Counted from the first letter of the stretch, positions 9,289-18,391 are shown. The stretch: DNA of 64,000 nucleotides from an uncultured Bacteriovoracaceae bacterium (GCA_937952395.1 CALFYV010000090.1:97408-161407); one strand, 5' to 3'. Notes: generated by a model not told the origin, from the letters alone. Numbers and translations: made by a program.

Positions 9289-10575
9289 ATGAATGATGCT
9301 TTTTACGAAGCGCTTCATGAAATCAAAGGCCAGGATTTATTTCTATGTTGTGATCCTGGTATTGTTGACTTTCGTGGCAAGCAGGCTCTAAATCTATTTA
9401 TTTATTCAAAAGACACACGCCTGAAAATCCCTTTAGGCAGTGATTTGAAATCTATTAAAGAGCTTTTGGGTTCTTTGAAGTTTTTAGATGATGATAATCT
9501 TATTTTAATTGCTTGGGACTTAAAGTCTTTGCTCACGTTTGTACGAGGTAAAGTTGGAAATGATTTTCTAATTGGCAAAAAAATATTTGATTTAAACATG
9601 TTGGAATCTTATTGTGGTGAGAAGAATCCTTGTCCAACAAATTTTCTTGAAGCTAAAAAGCGATTAGTTTCATTAACTAAGCATATTAATTGGGAAAAAG
9701 CTTATCAGGCATATCAAAGTGTTTATCTTCCTTTGATTTTAAATATTCCTAAAATTGAAACATATGGTTTAGCACACAAACAGAAAAAAATAAAAGTTTA
9801 TCCACATTATGAAATAGATGGCCAAATTAATGGCCGTATGAAATGCTCCAATATATCTAGCAATTCTTATAATCCTCACACAATGGCTGAGATTGAAAGA
9901 AACAATCTAAGATGTCCAGGGTTTGATTATAATTTCTTATATTTTGATTTTAAACACATGGAAGTCAATATGCTTCAATGGTTATCAAAAGATGAAGAAA
10001 TGAAGAAAATATTGCTTTCTGGAAAAGATTTTTATGAAAGTGTGTGGGAACTTCTAACGGCAGCACCATGCAACAAAGAGAGACGAGGGCTTTGTAAGTT
10101 ATTTTTCCTACCTGTTTTTTATGGGTTGGGTGCTGAGTCTTTATCGAAAAAGTTAAATTGGCCTGTTGAATCTTGTCGGGGACTAATTAAGAAAATACAA
10201 ATATATTTTCATACTGCTTGGAGTTGGATAAAATCTTATCAACTAGGCAAAGATGGCTCAGTATATGATCATTTTGGTCGTCGTCGAATATTTGACAATG
10301 TTTACAAGGTTAGAAATTTTGTAGTGCAATCGCCTGCCTCATTAGTTTGTTTACACAAATTAGTATTATTGATTTCAAAATTGGATATTGCCGACGTTTG
10401 CATGCATATTCATGACGGTTATGTAATTTCATGTAAAAATGAATTTATACCCAAGGCTTATAAAACTGCTAAGGAAATATTGGAGTCTGAAAATGAGTTG
10501 TATTCAGGCTTGAAATTAAATGTAGATTGTAGAAGAGGAATAAGTTTAAACGAATTGGTTAGTTACAACCTTTAG
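9289..10575 (+). CDS. Minimal family-A (Pol I-like) DNA polymerase, polymerase domain only
   Basis: Motif A DFKHMEVNML, motif B RRGLCKLFFLPVFYGLG, motif C MHIHDGYV. Only 428 aa, and no 5'-3' exonuclease domain is evident. Confidence 0.75.
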   Translation: MNDAFYEALHEIKGQDLFLCCDPGIVDFRGKQALNLFIYSKDTRLKIPLGSDLKSIKELLGSLKFLDDDNLILIAWDLKSLLTFVRGKVGNDFLIGKKIFDLNMLESYCGEKNPCPTNFLEAKKRLVSLTKHINWEKAYQAYQSVYLPLILNIPKIETYGLAHKQKKIKVYPHYEIDGQINGRMKCSNISSNSYNPHTMAEIERNNLRCPGFDYNFLYFDFKHMEVNMLQWLSKDEEMKKILLSGKDFYESVWELLTAAPCNKERRGLCKLFFLPVFYGLGAESLSKKLNWPVESCRGLIKKIQIYFHTAWSWIKSYQLGKDGSVYDHFGRRRIFDNVYKVRNFVVQSPASLVCLHKLVLLISKLDIADVCMHIHDGYVISCKNEFIPKAYKTAKEILESENELYSGLKLNVDCRRGISLNELVSYNL

Positions 10576-10588
10576 AAAGAGAGGTAAT

Positions 10589-11146
10589 TTGGAAAATAAT
10601 TATATTTGTAAGACATGGAAAATTACGGATGAAGAATATCAAAAGATGGATAAAAAATGGGGTTTGCTTTGTGAATACCAAAGTTGGCAGCTTTATAACA
10701 AAAACTCCAGAGGCAATCATACGGAGGATCAAACAGACATATCACAAGATATACGTATTGCCTTAATGAAAGCTGGCTCTTATTATAAACGTCAGGTTTA
10801 TATTGAAAAATGTTTAGAGTTATGTGAAGAATATATTGAAGATGAATTCTTATATGAATTATTTGATAGTTTAAGAACATTATGGGAAAATAAAACAAGA
10901 CATGGTGCCAATAAGCAAAAGTTTGGACCATATCAAGAGAAGCTTTTAGATCGTTTGGTTAGAAAAACAGTTCCCAAAGAATTGCGACCAAAGAAAAAAG
11001 CTGAATTAAAAATGGATTCAAAGTTTACAACTTATTGTAAAAGCATTACTTGGAATCAGGTTAAAGCAATGGGTAAGAAAATTACTCGTGAAAAGGCAAT
11101 ACGAGTAGGACAATGCTCTTTATCTGAATGTGATTATTTAATATGA
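10589..11146 (+). CDS. Possible sigma-factor-like protein (region-2-like segment)
   Basis: DISQDIRIALMKAG resembles sigma70 region 2.1/2.2 (DLxQEGxIGLMKA). TTG start in the track. Weak call. Confidence 0.4.
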   Translation: MENNYICKTWKITDEEYQKMDKKWGLLCEYQSWQLYNKNSRGNHTEDQTDISQDIRIALMKAGSYYKRQVYIEKCLELCEEYIEDEFLYELFDSLRTLWENKTRHGANKQKFGPYQEKLLDRLVRKTVPKELRPKKKAELKMDSKFTTYCKSITWNQVKAMGKKITREKAIRVGQCSLSECDYLI

Positions 11147-11153
11147 GATTATT

Positions 11154-11657
11154 ATGCAAGAATATGTTATAGTATATGCAGATGCCGTTGAACGGGTTAA
11201 TTTTGATATTCTAATTATAGAGAAGCAAAAACCAGATTGGCAAAAAAATCGTTGGAATCTTCCAGGCGGAAAAATAGAATTGGGTGAAAGTCCTATAGAA
11301 GCAGCCGAACGTGAATTGAAAGAAGAAGCTGGTGATATTAAAGCTTTTTTTTCTTCCGAGGTTATAGGAACGATTAATGGTTCTTGGGGTAAGGTTTATT
11401 GTGTTAAAGTAGGAGTTTATCAAAAAAAGCCTTTATCTCCTGGAGAAAATGAAATTGAAAATATCTTTTGGAAAGATTGGCACGACATAAAAGATGATCC
11501 TAGACTTCTTCCTAATTTAAAAGTTATCATTCCTTTGGCTCGAATGGGAGTAAAAGGTTGGAATTTTTATGATGAAGGGCCTTCTTGGGGAAAAGAATGG
11601 CATTCTTTTGATGTTGAAGTAAAAAATGGTTGGCCAATTGAAAATAATAATGAATAG
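11154..11657 (+). CDS. NUDIX hydrolase
   Basis: Nudix box GGKIELGESPIEAAERELKEEAG. Confidence 0.85.
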   Translation: MQEYVIVYADAVERVNFDILIIEKQKPDWQKNRWNLPGGKIELGESPIEAAERELKEEAGDIKAFFSSEVIGTINGSWGKVYCVKVGVYQKKPLSPGENEIENIFWKDWHDIKDDPRLLPNLKVIIPLARMGVKGWNFYDEGPSWGKEWHSFDVEVKNGWPIENNNE

Positions 11658-11681
11658 TTATTGATTAGAAATTGAGAAGAT

Positions 11682-13250
11682 ATGACATTGGATGAACTAA
11701 CTTTAGAAGAACAAAAGTTGCTAGAAAAGCTCCCAGACCCAGATGCCGAGACACAAGGGCAATATAGTTGGGATGAAGAACTACAAAGAGAAGTAATGGG
11801 GCTTTTGTTGAATGACAAATATTTTGTCACTCAAAGTCAAGGCTTGGTCAAACCTTCTTATTTCACTAATGAATGTCATAAAATAACTTCTGGAATTATC
11901 TTTAATTATTTCGAGAAATATAAAAACCTTCCTAATAAAACACAGTTAGTCTATGAATTAAAAGAAAAGCTTAAAAATAGAGAACCCAAACATACTGTTT
12001 ACTATTTATCTGAATTAAATACTGTTTGTGATTACTATGTTCCTGGAATTGAACATAGGGATTATTATTTAGATAAAATTACAAATTTTGCCAAGGGAAT
12101 GGCAATGAAATCAGCTTTCAATGAATCTTTGAAAGAGTTTCAAAAAGCCCCAGAAGCAGAAGAGACCTGGGTAAAGATAGAAGGTTTATTACGAGACGCA
12201 ATGAATGTGGATCGTAATTTTGATATGGGATTGGATTATTTTAGGGAATTTGAGGATCGGTATCAAAGACAGGCTGAAAAGAAACAGGCTGATGAAGTAT
12301 TTGTTACTGGATTTCCTGCTATAGATGAATCTCTTTCTAATGGTGGATTAGCTCGTGGGGAAATAGGTTCGGTTGTTGGTATAAGTGGTTCTGGTAAAAG
12401 TATCATGTTGGTGAACATTGCTGTCGCCAATATTCATCGAGATAAAAAAGTTTTATATATTTCTCTAGAAATTGATGCTGATAAATGTGCCGAAAGATTT
12501 GATGCACAATTTGCCAATCCTAATCCTTTCGGAGAAGAATCTAATCAAGTTACCATTAAAAACCTGAGCGATAATAAAGAAACTCTTTTTAATGCGTTGA
12601 GAGAATATGTTTCTGATAAAGACGATGAAAGATTGTTGGTTATCAGACAATTTCCTGCTGGTCAATTAGACTTATCTACTTTGAGAGCTTATTTTTCCCA
12701 ACTAAAATTACTTGGTTTTCTACCAGATGTGGTTATTATAGATTATGTGGGAGAAATGAAAGATTATCCTGGTATGCCTACCTGGGAAAGCCGTCAGAAA
12801 ATAGTTAGAGATTTAAGAGGATTCGCTGTAGAAGAACAGGTTGTCGTTTTTACCGCTATGCAACCTGATTCTAGAAGTCGAGAAGCAATTAATTCTGGCG
12901 GTATTATTGATGATGAAAATTTGGCGGAATCTAAAGGGCAAGTCAGGCCGTTGGATGCTTTGTGGTCTATCAATCAATTAAAAACAGAACGAGAATGTAA
13001 TCTTGCTAGATTATTTGTAATTAAACATCGTGATGGTAAAAGTAGATTTGATGTTCATGTTGAATTTGATTATAATACATTAAAAATGCGACAAATATCT
13101 GAAAATAAATATGTTAAAATACACAAAGAATATCAAAACAAAAAAGAAGAAACAGTAACAGCAGCCCTCAAAGAAACAGAAGAACAAAAAGTTAACAGAA
13201 TAGTCGGCGGCAATAAATTTCAAGATGATGTTGGCTATTTAAATGATTAA
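11682..13250 (+). CDS. DnaB-family replicative helicase
   Basis: DnaB-like N-terminal domain plus a RecA-like core with Walker A GISGSGKS and Walker B VVIIDY. Confidence 0.85.
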   Translation: MTLDELTLEEQKLLEKLPDPDAETQGQYSWDEELQREVMGLLLNDKYFVTQSQGLVKPSYFTNECHKITSGIIFNYFEKYKNLPNKTQLVYELKEKLKNREPKHTVYYLSELNTVCDYYVPGIEHRDYYLDKITNFAKGMAMKSAFNESLKEFQKAPEAEETWVKIEGLLRDAMNVDRNFDMGLDYFREFEDRYQRQAEKKQADEVFVTGFPAIDESLSNGGLARGEIGSVVGISGSGKSIMLVNIAVANIHRDKKVLYISLEIDADKCAERFDAQFANPNPFGEESNQVTIKNLSDNKETLFNALREYVSDKDDERLLVIRQFPAGQLDLSTLRAYFSQLKLLGFLPDVVIIDYVGEMKDYPGMPTWESRQKIVRDLRGFAVEEQVVVFTAMQPDSRSREAINSGGIIDDENLAESKGQVRPLDALWSINQLKTERECNLARLFVIKHRDGKSRFDVHVEFDYNTLKMRQISENKYVKIHKEYQNKKEETVTAALKETEEQKVNRIVGGNKFQDDVGYLND

Positions 13251-13258
13251 GGAAAAAT

Positions 13259-13744
13259 ATGAATCCAACTGATAATATTAGAACTATTGATTTAGGTGAT
13301 GAAGAAGTTATTCTTGATCCTAAGAAATTTCAATTCAACGATAGTACATTGAATAAATTTATGGAAGGACTTAGTTTGTGGTATGATTACTATTCTTCCA
13401 AAACAGCCAAGGCTGAAGAATTGATGTTGACTGCCGAGGAGAAGCATCAAGAGCTATATCTAGAAAAGTTTTTAGAAGGCAAGCAAGAGGGTTTGTCGGA
13501 CAAAGGAGCAGATGCTTTTGCTCGCACTGATGCTGCAATAAAAGCAAAACAATCAGAAGTGACAAAATACAAATCAGCAGTAAAACATCTTAAAGAATAT
13601 TTGAAGTCTTTTGACAAAGCTCATTCAATGGCACAAAATCGTGGTTATATGATTCGTAAAGAGATGGAAAAATTGAATTCAGACATTTATCATTCTCGTG
13701 GCGATTTCAACATTGATGATATCATAGGCAAAGGCAATGACTGA
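13259..13744 (+). CDS. Hypothetical protein
   Basis: 161-aa ORF directly after the helicase. No motif recognised. Confidence 0.55.
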   Translation: MNPTDNIRTIDLGDEEVILDPKKFQFNDSTLNKFMEGLSLWYDYYSSKTAKAEELMLTAEEKHQELYLEKFLEGKQEGLSDKGADAFARTDAAIKAKQSEVTKYKSAVKHLKEYLKSFDKAHSMAQNRGYMIRKEMEKLNSDIYHSRGDFNIDDIIGKGND

Positions 13745-14303
13745 TGTATCTGGTTTAAATTATGTTTCTAATTTTTTAACGAATCAAGAATGTGAATCTT
13801 TGCTTCATTACATTGATTCAATGCCATGGATGACAGATTTAAAACGACGGGTTCAGCATTATGGATATCGTTATGACTATAAATTAAGAGCAGTAGATTA
13901 TTCGATGTATTTGGGAGAATTGCCCTTTTTCATCTCAGATATTGCTGATAAACTAATTAGTCGGAACTTAGTTTCTGAAAGACCGGATCAAGCAATTGTT
14001 AATGAATATCTGCCGGGTCAAGGAATTTCGGCCCATATAGATTGTGAACCTTGTTTTAAAGATACAATTGTCACGATTAGTTTAGGCTGGCCTTATGAAA
14101 TGGAGTTCTTTACATTTAAAAATGATGAGAAAAACATAAAATATATTCAATTAGAAGTTGGAAGTGCTTTAGTTATAAGTGGCGAAGCAAGATATGAACG
14201 GTTTCATCAAATACGGGGTCGCAAAAAAGATCATAGCATCCCTCGTCAAAGGCGAGTATCTTTGACATTTAGAAATGTGATATTGGAGAATACCAATGAT
14301 TAA
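13737..14303 (+). CDS. 2OG-Fe(II) oxygenase, AlkB-like
   Basis: HYGYRYDY, NEYLPGQGISAHID (HxD iron ligands), RVSLTFR. Confidence 0.75.
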   Translation: MTDVSGLNYVSNFLTNQECESLLHYIDSMPWMTDLKRRVQHYGYRYDYKLRAVDYSMYLGELPFFISDIADKLISRNLVSERPDQAIVNEYLPGQGISAHIDCEPCFKDTIVTISLGWPYEMEFFTFKNDEKNIKYIQLEVGSALVISGEARYERFHQIRGRKKDHSIPRQRRVSLTFRNVILENTND

Positions 14304-14673
14304 GGCTGAAGAACTTCGCAAGAAAACTAAAGAATGTCAATTGAAAAGAGTTCAAAATGAATATGAATTTCCAACTATTCGATCTCATAATGAACAAAAA
14401 CAAGTTAGAGATCATTTAAATAGAAGAAGAAATTTAATTCCTGAAGAGATTAAAAGATTTGAGCGTGTTTTATTAGAACACGTAGAAAAAGGAAATAGTT
14501 GTCGTTTTTCTTTAGGATCAGATATCCATAGTAATTGGGAAAACGATCCTGTTCATTTAGCTCTTGTAAAATATTGTGAAGATGCTGGATTAAAATATAA
14601 AGTCTATAATTATAAAGAGCCTGTTGGATTTCATCAGGAAATGTATCGTCATTGTTTGGTAGTAACATGGTAA
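14296..14673 (+). CDS. Hypothetical protein
   Basis: 125-aa ORF coupled on both sides. Confidence 0.55.
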   Translation: MIKAEELRKKTKECQLKRVQNEYEFPTIRSHNEQKQVRDHLNRRRNLIPEEIKRFERVLLEHVEKGNSCRFSLGSDIHSNWENDPVHLALVKYCEDAGLKYKVYNYKEPVGFHQEMYRHCLVVTW

Positions 14674-15227
14674 ATCCTTCTAAAATAACAAATTTTAAAC
14701 TTAGTAAACCTCGCTTAGAAGAACGAATTCTTTTTTGGATATGTGCAGCCGGGAAAAACGCAATATCCTCAGCAAAAGGTTTAGATCGTTTTTTAACGAT
14801 AATCAATGGACATGACAATCCTTTTCAAGCAATTCGTGTTGTTGGTTTAAAAAAGCTTCCTAAATTATTGAAAAGCTGTGGAATTGGATGTTATAACAAC
14901 AAGGCTGCTGCTTTTTGGTCGTTGGCTAATTCCGATATAAATTTGAGGACTTGTTCTGCACAAGATTTAGAAACGATAAAAGGGATTGGCAGGAAGACTT
15001 CACGTTGTTTTATAATGCATAGTCGCAAAAATGCACGCCATGCTGGGCTTGATGTACATATTTTAAGTTTTTTACGAGACAGTGGCTATGATGCACCTAA
15101 AATAACGCCTTCTAGCGAAAAAGAATATTTAAGATTAGAAAATATATTTTTAAAATTAGCAGATAAATCAAACTTGCCAGTAGCAGAATTTGATTTGTTA
15201 ATTTGGCGTGAATACTCAGGTAGATAA
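14667..15227 (+). CDS. HhH-GPD superfamily DNA glycosylase-like protein
   Basis: Helix-hairpin-helix motif LETIKGIGRKTSRCF followed by GLDVHI (Asp). ATG at 14667 overlaps the upstream stop (ATGGTAA). Confidence 0.7.
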   Translation: MVNPSKITNFKLSKPRLEERILFWICAAGKNAISSAKGLDRFLTIINGHDNPFQAIRVVGLKKLPKLLKSCGIGCYNNKAAAFWSLANSDINLRTCSAQDLETIKGIGRKTSRCFIMHSRKNARHAGLDVHILSFLRDSGYDAPKITPSSEKEYLRLENIFLKLADKSNLPVAEFDLLIWREYSGR

Positions 15228-15239
15228 GAAAGGTTGATT

Positions 15240-15521
15240 ATGAGCAATTATAAAAATGAATATTTAGATAATTTTTTTGAACTTATGAGAAAAGAAAGAG
15301 AATATGCTGCCCAATGGGGAGATGATTTTGATGCAAAAAATACTCCTAATGATTGGGTAGCTTATGTGACTAGATATTTAGGACAAACGGTCACGATGCC
15401 TTGGGATGCCAAAAAATTCAAAGAACAAATGGTAAAAACCGCTACGCTTTGTGCATCAGCAGTTGAGTGGTGCGACAGAACTAATGGTGATATGGCAAAG
15501 AGACATTATGATAAGGATTAA
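15240..15521 (+). CDS. Hypothetical protein
   Basis: ORF beginning MSNYKNEYL, with ATG at 15240 after GAAAGG. Confidence 0.55.
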   Translation: MSNYKNEYLDNFFELMRKEREYAAQWGDDFDAKNTPNDWVAYVTRYLGQTVTMPWDAKKFKEQMVKTATLCASAVEWCDRTNGDMAKRHYDKD

Positions 15522-15522
15522 T

Positions 15523-15696
15523 ATGTTTAGTCTAGATGTTAAATTTGAGAACAATAATATTACATTAATTTAAAAAAACAATGAAGGCAATAAAACAGAA
15601 ATATCTTTTGAAAGAGAATATTCGCATTATTTAAGAGACTCATTGATAGAAATTGTTAAGAAAATTGATTTCTATAATGACTCTCGGTTTCACTAA
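15523..15696 (+). pseudogene. Small ORF interrupted by an in-frame TAA
   Basis: ATG at 15523 gives MFSLDVKFENNNITLI, then TAA (15571-15573). The same frame continues protein-like for 40 codons (KNNEGNKTEISFEREYSHYLRDSLIEIVKKIDFYNDSRFH) with no internal start. Confidence 0.3.
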
Positions 15697-15724
15697 CTAT
15701 TATATACATTTTATAGGAGGAAAT

Positions 15725-16045
15725 ATGGCTAATTATTGGTTAAGTAAAAACAAAATTGTCAACACCCCAGAGGCAACAGAGAATTTGTATGAAATTTTTT
15801 GGGCTGCTGCTAGTGGCAACAACGGAGCAATTGAAATTGGATGGCCTGTAGAAGAGTCCGCAGACCCAGTTTATATGAGTGTTTCATATGATGTGTGGTA
15901 TGAAGAACTTTGTAAGTATGCTGGAACTTATGGATGGGAAGAGTATGTTAGAAGTGATAAGGAAGCTTGGAGATTGTCTTATGAAGACAACATGACTCCA
16001 GAAGAAGCTTTTCTTGAAGATGCTTCTTATTGGGAAGAAGGTTAA
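15725..16045 (+). CDS. Hypothetical protein, MxNYWL family
   Basis: AGGAGG upstream. N-terminus is MANYWLSKNK. Confidence 0.6.
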   Translation: MANYWLSKNKIVNTPEATENLYEIFWAAASGNNGAIEIGWPVEESADPVYMSVSYDVWYEELCKYAGTYGWEEYVRSDKEAWRLSYEDNMTPEEAFLEDASYWEEG

Positions 16046-16046
16046 A

Positions 16047-16250
16047 ATGAGTAATTATTGGCTTGACAAAATTAATAAAGATTTCTGGATTCCGGTTAAA
16101 CCAAGCTCGCCTGCATCGGTTCGAGTTTATGCCCAAAATCTAGGAGAGATCGATGATTTAGTTGACTTTAAAAACAAACTATATACACCATTCAAATTCC
16201 CAGATAAATTATATACGCCGAATCCAACAAGTAAAAATAATTATAAATAA
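16047..16250 (+). CDS. Hypothetical protein, MSNYWL family
   Basis: N-terminus is MSNYWLDKINK. ATG lies 1 nt after the upstream stop. Confidence 0.55.
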   Translation: MSNYWLDKINKDFWIPVKPSSPASVRVYAQNLGEIDDLVDFKNKLYTPFKFPDKLYTPNPTSKNNYK

Positions 16251-16456
16251 ATTGTTGCATATAACAATTTGTGTTATAAAAAATATATATACTTTGTCCA
16301 TGAATGTGGTCTCATTTAGATGAAAATAGCTTTAACGATATGTGTGCTAGCTCGTTATCGCTACATCTGAAAAGAATGGATTTGCACTCAAATCTGATGA
16401 TGCTTTGCGTCAAGGTTTAAATGAAATTCACAGGCAAAAACACGCCGACATGGATA

Positions 16457-16497
16457 AAAGGGATTTTAAAGGTTGTTCTTTTAAAATCCCTTTTTTT
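16457..16497 (+). terminator. Rho-independent terminator
   Basis: 14-bp perfect stem (AAAGGGATTTTAAA / TTTAAAATCCCTTT), 9-nt loop, then a T-run. Confidence 0.7.
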
Positions 16498-16518
16498 ATG
16501 CGCAAACTATTATAATAT

Positions 16519-17136
16519 ATGGAGCTAAAAGAACTAAAAGAAAGATTAGATTTGGACTTAGAAAGAAGTCTAGTTAGTCCTTCTGTGCTTTTAGATGATT
16601 TGAGTGTAATTGATGAGCGTGATCGGAAATTAAGTCAATATGTCGATCCACTATATGTTCCTGTATATTATCATCTAGGCAAGTATTTAAAACCAAATAA
16701 TTTACTAGAGTTTGGCCTTGGTCTAGGTCTTTTCAGCACTTGTTTTATGAAAAGTTGCAAAACAGTTGAAAACTTCCTTGGATTTCAGGAAAAAACTGAT
16801 AAGTATTATTCTGATAAATTTGCTTTGCGAAACATTAAAAAAGTTCTAAATGGCAATATAAGTTTATATTATGGACAACCAGCAGATAAGAAGTTTTTTG
16901 AGGCTGTTTCAAAACGTAAATGGAATGTTGCTATTTTGCACGAAGAAAAAGATTATGATGAACATATGTTCGAATTAGATATTTCTTGGCAACATTTAGA
17001 CGAAGATGGATATTTAATTATAGATCATATTAGTTCGAAAAACACATCAACAGCATTTGAAAATTTTTGTAAAATAGAAAATAGAAAACCAATATTTATT
17101 GAAACAAGATACAAATTAGGCATTGCAAAGAAATAA
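16519..17136 (+). CDS. Possible class I SAM-dependent methyltransferase
   Basis: LLEFGLGLGLFS resembles SAM-binding motif I. Otherwise unassigned. Confidence 0.45.
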   Translation: MELKELKERLDLDLERSLVSPSVLLDDLSVIDERDRKLSQYVDPLYVPVYYHLGKYLKPNNLLEFGLGLGLFSTCFMKSCKTVENFLGFQEKTDKYYSDKFALRNIKKVLNGNISLYYGQPADKKFFEAVSKRKWNVAILHEEKDYDEHMFELDISWQHLDEDGYLIIDHISSKNTSTAFENFCKIENRKPIFIETRYKLGIAKK

Positions 17137-17145
17137 GGAGTTATC

Positions 17146-17892
17146 ATGGGTTTTGAAGTAGTGTTTCACTACCACGAAGAAGTAGAAAAGGGAGAATATA
17201 ACTACGAGGAAACTAAAACCAAGACTAGTAAAGTAGGGTCTCCTTATGAAGAAGTTTCATTAGAGGTTTTGGCTGGTCGCATTATGGCACAATTGGCCCG
17301 TCGCAATATTTTGGTTGTAGATGTTGAGATATACGAATTTACTAAAAAGAAATTGAATTATCGTGAAGCCGATGATGGTGTTGTAATTAAAAACAAGAAA
17401 TTTAAGTTTGATGATGGGCCGGTAGTAGTAGAAGCAGCCGAAGATGCTGAGGAAAATGCCGAAACTCAGCTTCAGAAACTACTGGCAAATCCAGCAATCC
17501 AGGCAGCCTTAAATTCTTCTGGTGTTAAACCTCACAATACACCCGCCGCCGTGTCGCCGTCGCCGCCTCCTCCTCCTTCAACAGGTGTTAAAAAGGCTTT
17601 GCGGCAAGAGATATTCGATCCAGACCCAGTTCTTTTGAAAGATGCTAAGAAAAGAGGATTGGCTTTTACTGTAGGTAAGAAATATCCAATCTATTCAGAA
17701 AAAATTGGTCCTGTTGGCATGGTATATGAAGTTAAAGACGATAATGGGCATAATTGTCGATTAGCCGATAAGTTTTTTCTACCCCCTACAGCAGGGCTGA
17801 CGGGCTTTGAAGAACCTGTGCAAGAAAGTCAGGCCGAAGGCCAATTGAATTGGAATGGAGTTGTTGAAGACAATATCCCAAATTTAAGATAA
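17146..17892 (+). CDS. Hypothetical protein with Pro-rich linker
   Basis: 248-aa ORF with AAGGAG upstream. Contains SPSPPPPPS. Confidence 0.6.
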   Translation: MGFEVVFHYHEEVEKGEYNYEETKTKTSKVGSPYEEVSLEVLAGRIMAQLARRNILVVDVEIYEFTKKKLNYREADDGVVIKNKKFKFDDGPVVVEAAEDAEENAETQLQKLLANPAIQAALNSSGVKPHNTPAAVSPSPPPPPSTGVKKALRQEIFDPDPVLLKDAKKRGLAFTVGKKYPIYSEKIGPVGMVYEVKDDNGHNCRLADKFFLPPTAGLTGFEEPVQESQAEGQLNWNGVVEDNIPNLR

Positions 17893-17901
17893 GGAAATAT
17901 T

Positions 17902-18345
17902 ATGGCAAAAAAGAAACTAAAAGAGAAAAAGGCAAAAGCCAAAGAAAGAGCAACAGCAAAGCAAAAACATAAGAAAAAACTGTTTGCTATGAGAAAAAAG
18001 AGATCGGAAAGGGCTCAGGCGAAATTGGAACACAAGCATCGGAACAAACTATCGCCTATTTGTAAAAAAACCGATTTAGAAAAAACTGAAGAAAATATAA
18101 ACCATAATTTGGAAATTCTTCAAGCATTAGAACAAGAATATTTAGACTCGATGAAAAAGCGAGAAAATTTACAAGAAGAATTAGAAGCAGAAGGATATTC
18201 TAGCATTGAAGAAAAAATGGAGGCTATCAAGCAAAAATCTGCTGAGATGGTTGCCAAGCTTCAAGAAGATGTAGAAAATGAGAAAGTTTCTAAAGAAATT
18301 GCCGATGAAATAATGCCGCTTGAAGAAAAATCTTCAAAAAAATGA
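17902..18345 (+). CDS. Highly charged coiled-coil-like protein
   Basis: 147 aa, rich in K/E heptad-like sequence. Confidence 0.55.
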   Translation: MAKKKLKEKKAKAKERATAKQKHKKKLFAMRKKRSERAQAKLEHKHRNKLSPICKKTDLEKTEENINHNLEILQALEQEYLDSMKKRENLQEELEAEGYSSIEEKMEAIKQKSAEMVAKLQEDVENEKVSKEIADEIMPLEEKSSKK

Positions 18346-18362
18346 AAATCCATTAAAGTCTA

Positions 18363-18391
18363 TTGACCTTTGATACGATATACATTATAGA
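18363..18391 (+). promoter_or_regulatory. Sigma70-like promoter candidate
   Basis: TTGACC, 17-nt spacer, TATAGA. Preceded by AGTCTAT, which is shared with the promoter at 51420. Confidence 0.45.
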
